Below, piece by piece: positions 39,279-48,535 of a stretch of DNA of 64,000 nt (position 1 is its first letter; each line of letters begins with the position of its first letter). A model generated the notes under the pieces. That model was not told the origin of the DNA, ran no database searches, and saw only the letters and a list, made by a program, of their open reading frames with translations. Source of the stretch: an uncultured Chromatiaceae bacterium (GTDB taxonomy: Bacteria > Pseudomonadota > Gammaproteobacteria > SZUA-140). The DNA is taken from the NCBI GenBank assembly GCA_964605155.1, contig CAZSAK010000004.1, positions 8,538 to 72,537 on the forward strand, given 5' to 3'. Position numbers and translations under genes: made by a program.

Positions 39279-41243
39279 TTAAGTTTTTATCCTGTCCACC
39301 AACAGATTACCGTATCCATCAAGCCGGCACTTCCACCCTGCAGCGATATAGGTGGTCGAGATTGCCTCGGTGATCAGGGCCGGGCCCGTGATGAGCTGTT
39401 TCTGTTGCAGATAACCACGTTTGTATACCCGGGTATAACCTTCGACATCATACAGCCTAACCTTGTCAGGCGTCTGGTCATTGCCGGTTATCTTTGATAC
39501 AGATGTCATCCTGATACTGGTCTCGGGTCCACTGATACCCGTCCTGATATTCACCAACTCGATCGGCAGGTCGAGACGATGGCCATAACGTGCATGATGG
39601 GCCTGGTGGAAGGCGTATTCACAGTGCTCAATTTCCTGCCACGGTATGTTCAAGGTGTAGGATTGACCATGGTATCTCAAGTCCAGGGAACGTTGCGCGG
39701 TGATATTTTCCTCTGCAATCCCTTCCGCCATCAACGCTTGGCGTCCTTCATCTTCCAGCACATCAAATCTTGATGCCAGTTGGCTGGTGGTAAATTCACC
39801 AAGCAATCCACCTAATGTATGGGACAATTGTCTTGCCCGCGGTGCGACAAGCATACCAAGCGCCGATAACACGCCGCCGTGAATAGGCACAATGGCATGT
39901 CGTATCCCCAGTGTCTCGGCGAGTTCACACAGGTGCAACCCGCCCGCGCCACCGAATGATACCAGAGTGAAATCCTTTGGATCATACCCACGCTGCACCG
40001 ATATGACCCGCAATGCCTGAGCCATATGCGTATTGACGAGTCGCAGGATTCCCATGGCAGCCTCCTCGGATGTGACGCCGATTTTCATGGCCACCGTTTT
40101 CATCACCCGCTGCGCCGCGGCAATGTCCAGTGTCATATGTCCGCCCAGAAAGGCATCGGCCCGGAGACGTCCGATTACCAGATGGGCATCGGTAACCGTA
40201 GCATATTCACCGCCACGTCCATAACAGGCAGGACCAGGATCAGCCCCCGCCGATTGTGGACCGACCTGAAGGATATTGCCGCTATCGACAGTAGCTATCG
40301 ATCCTCCGCCGGCACCGATTGTATGCAGATCCACCATGGGTATTGCCACGGGATAATGACCGATACGTCCCTCATTGGTCAGCCGCAGATCGCCATCGAT
40401 CATGGCGACATCTGTTGAGGTACCGCCCATATCCAGCGTCAACAGACGGTGACGGCCTGCACTATCGGCGATATATCTTGCGCCGGCCAGACCGCCGGCG
40501 GGGCCTGAAAGCAGCATGTGTACGGCCATCCTGCTGGCATGGCCGGTTGCCATGGTTCCACCCGAACTTTGCATAACGGATATACTGGCATTGTCCAGCT
40601 CACTTGACAGATTTTTCAGATATCCTTCCACTATCGGACCGACCCAGGCATTTAGCCAGGTGGTTATGCCACGTTCGTATTCCTTGTACTCCCTCAGGAC
40701 CGCCGATGACCGCGAGACAAAGATTCCGTCAGGTACAATCGCTTCTATGTTCTTTTCAAAGCGATCATCGAGAAACGAGAATAGTAGATTAATGGCGATC
40801 GAGTTCGGTGCCAAAGCCTGTATTTGTGTTTTCAGTTTTTCAAGTGCTGCTTCAGTGATTGGTTCGATAACTGTCCCGTCGGCCGCCAGACGGCCTGTAG
40901 TTTCAAGGCACAATTCCCGTGGTACGGGCGGCGTAAAGGGTTTCGGTTGCAAGTTGTATAATTCATGCCGCGCCTGACGACCGATGGTGAGCATATCCCC
41001 GAATCCGTGGTTGGTTATAAACACCGTGCGTACTCCCTTGCCTTCAAGTACAGCATTGGTGGCGACCGTCGAGCCGTGGATGATGGAGAGTGGCAACCTT
41101 TCCAGTCCCAGCTCATGGATGCCTTGTATGATGGCATGCTCGGGGGCATGTGGCGTCGACAAGACCTTGTGGATCCTGAATCCGGAACCATCGAAAAGCA
41201 CGAAGTCGGTAAAGGTACCTCCGGTATCTATGCCAAGCAGCAT
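39279..41243 (-). CDS. Hydantoinase/oxoprolinase A-subunit family protein (HyuA-like), no adjacent B subunit
   Basis: 654 aa. N-terminal MLLGIDTGGTFTDFVLFDG (hydantoinase N domain) followed by a hydantoinase_A domain. Confidence 0.8.
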   Translation of the reverse strand: MLLGIDTGGTFTDFVLFDGSGFRIHKVLSTPHAPEHAIIQGIHELGLERLPLSIIHGSTVATNAVLEGKGVRTVFITNHGFGDMLTIGRQARHELYNLQPKPFTPPVPRELCLETTGRLAADGTVIEPITEAALEKLKTQIQALAPNSIAINLLFSFLDDRFEKNIEAIVPDGIFVSRSSAVLREYKEYERGITTWLNAWVGPIVEGYLKNLSSELDNASISVMQSSGGTMATGHASRMAVHMLLSGPAGGLAGARYIADSAGRHRLLTLDMGGTSTDVAMIDGDLRLTNEGRIGHYPVAIPMVDLHTIGAGGGSIATVDSGNILQVGPQSAGADPGPACYGRGGEYATVTDAHLVIGRLRADAFLGGHMTLDIAAAQRVMKTVAMKIGVTSEEAAMGILRLVNTHMAQALRVISVQRGYDPKDFTLVSFGGAGGLHLCELAETLGIRHAIVPIHGGVLSALGMLVAPRARQLSHTLGGLLGEFTTSQLASRFDVLEDEGRQALMAEGIAEENITAQRSLDLRYHGQSYTLNIPWQEIEHCEYAFHQAHHARYGHRLDLPIELVNIRTGISGPETSIRMTSVSKITGNDQTPDKVRLYDVEGYTRVYKRGYLQQKQLITGPALITEAISTTYIAAGWKCRLDGYGNLLVDRIKT

Positions 41244-41314
41244 GTTAAACTCTCAGTCCCTGCTTATGTATAATAATGTTCCGTGTAAAAAGGTTTATGT
41301 ATAACACATAACTG

Positions 41315-41767
41315 GTGACTATATTGGCAATCAGCAAGATGAAGATAGATTTCAGGTTTATATTCAACAAGGTTGTGGGCATCGTTTTCAGTTTGATGCT
41401 GATATTTCTCACCCTGAGCATCATCATTGGCGTTTTTCGTCTGTTCTTTATGCTGGGTGAGCTGATCGTGCATAAGGAGCTGGTACATGATTACCAGCGT
41501 ATTATATCCGACGTGCTGACATTGTTTATCCTGATCGAGCTTTCACGCTCTCTGGTTGAGTATTTTGATACCAATCGCTTGCGTTTGACGTTCATTGTGG
41601 ATGCCACGATCGTATTTGTTTTACGGGAGATGATGATACGTCTTTTCGAGCACGAGGTCGTACCCAATGAGATCTTTTCACTGAGTGCCCTGTTACTGGT
41701 TTTGGGGGCGATCAGAACAGCTGCCGTCGTAGTCTATCAACGTGAAAAGAAAACAATGGCGAGGTGA
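41315..41767 (+). CDS. psiE: PsiE family (phosphate-starvation-inducible E-like) membrane protein
   Basis: 150 aa, 4 TM segments. LIELSRSLVEYF...FIVDATIVFVLREMMI resembles the E. coli PsiE core. Confidence 0.55.
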   Translation: MTILAISKMKIDFRFIFNKVVGIVFSLMLIFLTLSIIIGVFRLFFMLGELIVHKELVHDYQRIISDVLTLFILIELSRSLVEYFDTNRLRLTFIVDATIVFVLREMMIRLFEHEVVPNEIFSLSALLLVLGAIRTAAVVVYQREKKTMAR

Positions 41768-41808
41768 CTGTAGACATAATCCAGAAACATGCTTGAACAC
41801 GCGATCAC

Positions 41809-42114
41809 TTAATTTGAACGGGTTTGAAGATAGGTGATTATCCGGTCCAGTTCCTGCTTGGGTATGGGTTCCAGCCCGTCTACGACGCGATGATTTTGCA
41901 TACGCAACACAATGGACGGCCATTCGGTTGACGGATGTGCGGATGGCAATGGAGGGGCGTGGCAATCAGCGCACCATTGACGCAAGGCATCGTTGGTGGT
42001 CTGCTGGTACCGTGTATGCATCGATTGTCCGGTGGAATTGCCCGCTTCGTTACCACAACCAACCATGACTGCTATCGAGGAACACAACAATATCCCTGCC
42101 AGTATTCTACCCAT
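41809..42114 (-). CDS. Putative lipoprotein monoheme c-type cytochrome
   Basis: Start at the internal Met gives MGRILAGILLCSSIAVMVGC (lipobox MVGC), followed by a single CADCH (CXXCH) heme-binding motif. The ORF opens at 42207. Confidence 0.55.
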   Translation of the reverse strand: MGRILAGILLCSSIAVMVGCGNEAGNSTGQSMHTRYQQTTNDALRQWCADCHAPPLPSAHPSTEWPSIVLRMQNHRVVDGLEPIPKQELDRIITYLQTRSN

Positions 42115-42430
42115 GGATAGCAATATATCGAACCATACTGCATGAATATTTACAGAATAAGCCGTAGCCTGGGAAGAGAGGCCGTTATTGTAGATCCGCA
42201 TTAGCATTTATCCGATCGATAATATAAACGTTATCCGTATATGACATTTTGCTACCCGTTGCGAGGTAGTGTAAAGTAACTTGAGAAACCACCGTGCAAA
42301 GCCGCATGACTTTGCGGGTATGCAGATATTTTCAAGATACGGCTTTATTGCACCAACTACCCTGATAAACAAGGTTACAGTGATGTTTGCTGACAAATAT
42401 ACCATTACCCTGGCAGTGCCGAAGTTCCTG

Positions 42431-42835
42431 ATGAGCAATATAATCGGAGCAATTCTGGTTATTGCCGCGCTTATGGGGTGCAGCGAGGAATCAACAGGCA
42501 TGGCACCGGATGAGCTGGGGCGTAAATTCTATGATGCAATCATCAATGAAGACTTTCAGACTGCTGCCTCATTTTACGGCGGCAATGAGCCCGTCGATGC
42601 CCGTGTGCAGGAACTGAAAGAACAGCGAGATTCATTAGGTGACCTGAAAAGTTATAAACTTGAGGACACCATCGTAAATACGATATTCAGTGGTAAACGT
42701 TATATTTTCACCTATCGCTTGCAATATGCACATGCAGACGTAAGGGAAATGCTGATCATGTTCAAGAGTGTTCGGGCTGGACCTCTCCATATAGAGGTAC
42801 GAAATGACAAGATAAAACATCAGGATGGCGAATAA
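42431..42835 (+). CDS. Lipoprotein (NTF2-like/DUF4878-like)
   Basis: Start at the internal Met gives MSNIIGAILVIAALMGCSEE (lipobox LMGC), then ELGRKFYDAIINEDFQTAASFY. The ORF opens at 42281. Confidence 0.5.
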   Translation: MSNIIGAILVIAALMGCSEESTGMAPDELGRKFYDAIINEDFQTAASFYGGNEPVDARVQELKEQRDSLGDLKSYKLEDTIVNTIFSGKRYIFTYRLQYAHADVREMLIMFKSVRAGPLHIEVRNDKIKHQDGE

Positions 42836-42856
42836 AGTCCGGCTTGTCTTAGGGCT

Positions 42857-43627
42857 TTACTTGATACTCATCACCAGCATCTTCCCCCCGGTTTTTTCCG
42901 CCAGCTTGTTGTATTCATATTCAGTATCCGGATCGGAGCGACCCATGGGCAGGGTAAACACGGGGCTGGGTATGCTCTGATAATCGATGGTGTCATCAGA
43001 GGGTTCGTCACCGATGAGGATATATGCGCCCGGTGCCGCAGCATTCTGACTTGCAACCCGGAAGGTATGCCCGATATTCTCCACATTGCCCACGAACGGG
43101 GCGCCTACCATCAGCAGATCGAACATCTCCGCCATTGTGCCGGTATAGGTCTTGGTCGATTTATCGGAAAACCATGTTATTGCTGTTAATTGTTTGTCCG
43201 CCCGGATGACAATCATACGCAATACAGGGATCAGGAATGCAGACACCCCGTGCATGGATCCGGTTGCATCGACGATCATATGAATATCCTTACCAGGAAT
43301 ATCCTTCAGTCCTTTGACAAACAGATCAAAATCCTTGCGGCCGATATTGGCAGTGTCAAGGATGGTATTCAATTGTCCTTCGGAGTCGGTGACAATCATC
43401 CTCTGAAAATCCGCCAGTACCCTGTCTTTATCGGATTCGGCGATATTCAGCTTTTCCTTTAGTGCTTCAAGCTGTGCCTTGAGTCTTGGCAGTTCATTCT
43501 GTTCAGACACCCGGCTGGTGATCAGTATAGTAACCAGCAGGAAAATGAATGTGGCCAGCATCAGCAGAGCGACGTCGGAGAAACTCTCATGAATGCTATT
43601 GGTAGATGTTTTACGTGTACGAGCCAT
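42857..43627 (-). CDS. MotB/TolR-like stator-plug membrane protein with periplasmic coiled coil and VWA-like (MIDAS DxTxS) domain; no OmpA domain
   Basis: 256 aa. N-terminal TM SFSDVALLMLATFIFLLV has the invariant stator Asp in MotB-like spacing. Next is the coiled coil LPRLKAQLEALKEKL. Then an alpha/beta domain with HMIVDATGSMHG, TYTGT and ILIGDEPSDD motifs. It lies 15 bp downstream of the MotA-like gene on the same strand. Confidence 0.6.
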   Translation of the reverse strand: MARTRKTSTNSIHESFSDVALLMLATFIFLLVTILITSRVSEQNELPRLKAQLEALKEKLNIAESDKDRVLADFQRMIVTDSEGQLNTILDTANIGRKDFDLFVKGLKDIPGKDIHMIVDATGSMHGVSAFLIPVLRMIVIRADKQLTAITWFSDKSTKTYTGTMAEMFDLLMVGAPFVGNVENIGHTFRVASQNAAAPGAYILIGDEPSDDTIDYQSIPSPVFTLPMGRSDPDTEYEYNKLAEKTGGKMLVMSIK

Positions 43628-43642
43628 TATCAGGAAACTCCA

Positions 43643-44671
43643 TCAGGGGGTTTTTTTGCTTCGCATGGCACGTTTCAATCTAGGCCACCATGACCGATTG
43701 ACTTTATTCATCATTTTTATCTCTTCCTTGAGAAGTTTTGCATAGTATTGCTGGAGAATGACTGAATCCCTTAACGTGGGCCTGTCTTCGTCACTTCCCT
43801 CTGCAGCAAGGTCGTTTAATCGCCGGGCCTCCTCCCTGAAGCCGGACATAATATCCCTGGAATCGGTCATGGCCTGTTTCAGGTAATTAACATTGGAGCC
43901 CAACGTCGCAATTTCTGCATTCAGCACCCTCATGTCCCGTTCCAGGGTGGGTTTGCAGTCGGAAGAACAATAGACCATACATATTTTTTTCAGGATATCG
44001 GAAAGATTCTCGACACCATGTTCCGTGATGAGGGCGAAAACGCGTAGCAATACACCACCGAGTACGGCACCCAGCAAGGTGGTGTAAAAGGCAGTTCCCA
44101 TACCGCCCATCGCCCGGCGGAGTCCCTCTACCAGACGTTCCTGATCAACCCCGAGGGCCTCCAGCGAGCTTGTAAGACCGGTAAGGGTAAAGGTGAGTCC
44201 GATGACTGTACCTATCAGACCCAGCGTAATGAGCAGGTTGCCAAGAACCTCGACAAAATTACTGGTGCGGTGGTATGAGGCAAGCTCTACATCAAGCAAC
44301 GCCTCTATATCCGGTTGCACATTCTGTGCAAGTATATCCTTGAGTGAAACAAAGAATTGCTCCACGGCATGAAACGGGTGGGGAATATCTATACCGTTGA
44401 GGCCTTCCTTTTTGGCAACATCACCCAGTTGTGTCGCATGCAGGGCCTCGGTTGTGATCGTGATGGCAAGTCCCACACTGACGATTAAACCCAGTATGAA
44501 AAGTCCTATGATAATCCACGTGATCTTGCTCTTATCCTGCTGTAGCTGAATCCATAGATCGGTATCAAGGTACAGGGTTAGATATACCCCGATCGCTGCT
44601 GCTGCCCAAAACAGCCATAACAACAGGGTACGATAGGGTTTTTCATAAATGGGTTGTCTCTTGGCGGCCAT
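43643..44671 (-). CDS. MotA/TolQ/ExbB proton-channel family protein with about 135-aa Cys-rich coiled-coil cytoplasmic tail
   Basis: 342 aa. TM1-2, a cytoplasmic loop, then TM3-4 carrying the family signature (LGNLLITLGLIGTVIGLTF...GMGTAFYTTLLGAVLGGVLLRVFALI). The C-terminal tail contains CMVYCSSDC plus heptad-like repeats. Confidence 0.75.
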   Translation of the reverse strand: MAAKRQPIYEKPYRTLLLWLFWAAAAIGVYLTLYLDTDLWIQLQQDKSKITWIIIGLFILGLIVSVGLAITITTEALHATQLGDVAKKEGLNGIDIPHPFHAVEQFFVSLKDILAQNVQPDIEALLDVELASYHRTSNFVEVLGNLLITLGLIGTVIGLTFTLTGLTSSLEALGVDQERLVEGLRRAMGGMGTAFYTTLLGAVLGGVLLRVFALITEHGVENLSDILKKICMVYCSSDCKPTLERDMRVLNAEIATLGSNVNYLKQAMTDSRDIMSGFREEARRLNDLAAEGSDEDRPTLRDSVILQQYYAKLLKEEIKMMNKVNRSWWPRLKRAMRSKKTP

Positions 44672-44900
44672 CTGTGGTGCTACCGACTGTTATGGAATAC
44701 TGCGCACTTACGTAACTATCAACGAGATATGTCAATCAGGGGGTTTTGAACTTTGAACTGTAATCGATCTCATGATAATGGATCAGCGCGATTTTTGCAT
44801 GTTTGCAAGCAGCGGCAAATTGAATATAAAACGTGATGGTTGATTGATAACCTGCCATTCAAGAATCGCGATTCCCAACAGGATGGAGGTGGCAGGCGGC

Positions 44901-44952
44901 ACGCAAACGACAACACGGTACGTATTCGATTCAGCCGTGTTGTCGTTTGCGT
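44901..44952. repeat. 18-bp perfect inverted repeat (ACGCAAACGACAACACGG / CCGTGTTGTCGTTTGCGT) with 16-nt loop
   Basis: Read directly from the sequence. No flanking U-tract on either strand. It lies between the small-peptide gene and the MotA-like promoter region. Confidence 0.8.
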
Positions 44953-45071
44953 AGCGTGGATTTCAGACTTGCGTCGGCCTCGTCAACGGTGGCTCGCAGC
45001 AAGCGCGTTATCAACCGGTCGTCAACAAAAATGTGATATCGACCGGATATTGCTGTGGATCTGCAGGGCTA

Positions 45072-45179
45072 TTAAGCCATGCTGTAGCCGAGAAAACCCA
45101 GGAACAATATGATGATTGAGGCCGCAATAATGATTACCGTGTCATGCTTGGTGATATCTACCCAATTATTATTAGACAT
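45072..45179 (-). CDS. Small hydrophobic peptide (35 aa, single TM)
   Basis: Minus-strand ATG preceded by GGGGGATAAAG. Product MSNNNWVDITKHDTVIIIAASIIILFLGFLGYSMA. Below the 60-aa ORF-track cutoff. Confidence 0.4.
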   Translation of the reverse strand: MSNNNWVDITKHDTVIIIAASIIILFLGFLGYSMA

Positions 45180-45223
45180 CTTTATCCCCCCGTCGTTGTC
45201 TGTCATTGACCTAGTTGCTTTAT

Positions 45224-45251
45224 ATTATACTAACTCGCTGATCCGGGACAA
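45224..45251 (-). promoter_or_regulatory. Putative sigma-70 promoter for the small peptide gene (-35 TTGTCC, 16-bp spacer, -10 TATAAT)
   Basis: Minus strand reads TTGTCCcggatcagcgagttagTATAAT, about 45 nt upstream of the ATG. Confidence 0.35.
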
Positions 45252-45412
45252 TTCTTTTCGTTCACATATGTCATGTATGTATATCTTTGGTGTATGGCCC
45301 GATCAGCATGGTAATGACCGACCATATGGGTAGGACATATGGCGCCCTCGCTTGATTTATGTAATTTATTGAAATATCGCTGAAACAAGGACAAGATGGC
45401 CGACTGGTAATC

Positions 45413-47086
45413 TTATCGTACCACGGCCAGACCGATCCCGCGTGGGTCGCTGGCCGCCTTGACCTCGTTGCGGGCGCGATCCCATAGCACCGCCTGCATA
45501 TTGCCGTAATTGCGGCCACTTTGTTTGAGGTTATGACCGAGGGCCCGCAATTCGGCCACTTCATCCAGGCTAAAGGTTCCAGGTTCATAGCTGACGAAGT
45601 CTGGCATGTATTGATGATGGAATCGTTTCACGCTGACCCAGGAAGCCGGTCCGTTGCCCTTGGCATAATCAAGCACTCCCAGTAAAACCATGGTGATGAT
45701 CCTGCTCCCACCGGGTGTCCCGAGGATAGCGACCCGTTCACCGTCATCAAGGAAGGTTGGGGTCATGCTTGATAGCGGGCGTTTGCCCGGAGCAATGGCG
45801 TTGGCCTGGGCTCCGATCAAACCGTACACATTCGGTACGCCGGGCTTGGCGGAAAAATCATCCATCTCGTCGTTGAGCAGGACTCCAGTCCCGTATGGCA
45901 TAAAACCGGATCCGAAGGGAAAGTTGATGGTCAGTGTTGCAGCTACACGATTGCCCTGTTTATCGAGTACAGAGAAATGTGTCGTATGGTTTGCCTCCTC
46001 GTCTGCAGGCAAACCGGGCAGCGTGTTGCTGGGCGTTGCCCTGTCTATCCTGATCGAGGCGGCCAGGCCGGCGGCGTAATAGGGATTGGTCAGGCGATCA
46101 ACCGGAATATCGACATAATCCGGATCACCGAGATATTCTGCGCGGTCGCGATAGGCACGGCGCATGGCCTCGATGATGAGATGGGTTTGTGAAACAGGTT
46201 TCAGTTGATGGAGCTGATAACCATCCAGGATATTCAGCATGGTCAGCAGGGCTACGCCACCTGACGAAGGCGGTGCAGCGGAGGTGACCTGGATATTCTT
46301 GTATTTACCCCTTATCGGTTGACGTTCAAGGACATGATATTCGGCCAGATCCTGCAGTGACCAGATACCGCCGGCATCGCGGGTGGCCGCCACCAGTTGT
46401 TTGGCGATATCGCCTCGATAAAAGGCATTCTTGCCTTCTCGCGTGATCGCTTCCAATGTTCGTGCAAGATCCGGTTGCTTGATGACGAAACCGGGCGGCG
46501 GTACGTCGTTGTCATGCAGGAATACTTGGGCCGCAGCCGGTGATTTACGCAGGACTTCAAGGCGGAACGACGCCAGCCTGCGGTAGCGTTCATCGACGGT
46601 AAAACCTTCACGAGCCAGGCGGATGGCCGGTGCAAGGGATTTTGATAGCGGCAGGCGGCCGTACTTCTCTGCCAGGTGATCAATCGCAGCGACCGTGCCG
46701 GGTATCCCCGCCGCCAATGGTCCATCGATCGAGAGCCTTGGGATGACCTTGCCTTCCTGATCGAGATACATATTGTTGCGGGCGGCAAGCGGCGCCCTTT
46801 CACGACCGTCAAGCATGATATCGAGATGGTCGTCTTCGCGGTGCAACAGCCAGAAGCCGCCGCCGCCCAGTCCCGAACTCGCCGGTTCGGCAACGGCCAG
46901 TGCTGCTGTGATCGCAACTGCGGCATCAAATGCGTTGCCGCCGGATTCCAGGACTTCAAGCCCGGCTTGTGTTGCCAGTGGATGGGCACTGGCTACTGCC
47001 ACTGCAGGCGGTTCAGCGGCATCCAGCGGGTTCAGCCAGAGCAGCGCGATAACACAGATTATCGATAACAGACTGAATCTACTCAA
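45413..47086 (-). CDS. ggt: Gamma-glutamyltranspeptidase
   Basis: Signal peptide; the autoproteolytic-site region; C-terminal TPGGSRIITMVL motif; length 557 aa. Confidence 0.9.
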   Translation of the reverse strand: MSRFSLLSIICVIALLWLNPLDAAEPPAVAVASAHPLATQAGLEVLESGGNAFDAAVAITAALAVAEPASSGLGGGGFWLLHREDDHLDIMLDGRERAPLAARNNMYLDQEGKVIPRLSIDGPLAAGIPGTVAAIDHLAEKYGRLPLSKSLAPAIRLAREGFTVDERYRRLASFRLEVLRKSPAAAQVFLHDNDVPPPGFVIKQPDLARTLEAITREGKNAFYRGDIAKQLVAATRDAGGIWSLQDLAEYHVLERQPIRGKYKNIQVTSAAPPSSGGVALLTMLNILDGYQLHQLKPVSQTHLIIEAMRRAYRDRAEYLGDPDYVDIPVDRLTNPYYAAGLAASIRIDRATPSNTLPGLPADEEANHTTHFSVLDKQGNRVAATLTINFPFGSGFMPYGTGVLLNDEMDDFSAKPGVPNVYGLIGAQANAIAPGKRPLSSMTPTFLDDGERVAILGTPGGSRIITMVLLGVLDYAKGNGPASWVSVKRFHHQYMPDFVSYEPGTFSLDEVAELRALGHNLKQSGRNYGNMQAVLWDRARNEVKAASDPRGIGLAVVR

Positions 47087-47125
47087 AACTATACATCCGG
47101 ATACGTGATGGAAAGGCTGTTAATA

Positions 47126-47392
<267 letters not shown>

Positions 47393-47420
47393 TCAAGAAC
47401 TTGAGTAATCCAGTCTGATT

Positions 47421-48516
<1,096 letters not shown>

Positions 48517-48535
48517 AGTGCAGATATAGACCCGA

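Noticed and set aside
44840-45333. + strand ORFs 44840..45112 and 45109..45333 in the long intergenic region
   Set aside because: Arg- and Cys-rich improbable products with no RBS. The minus-strand small peptide gene with a strong SD and promoter is a better explanation of this region.
45271-45588. - strand 105-aa ORF overlapping the ggt 3' end
   Set aside because: It lies in an alternative frame of the well-supported ggt gene.
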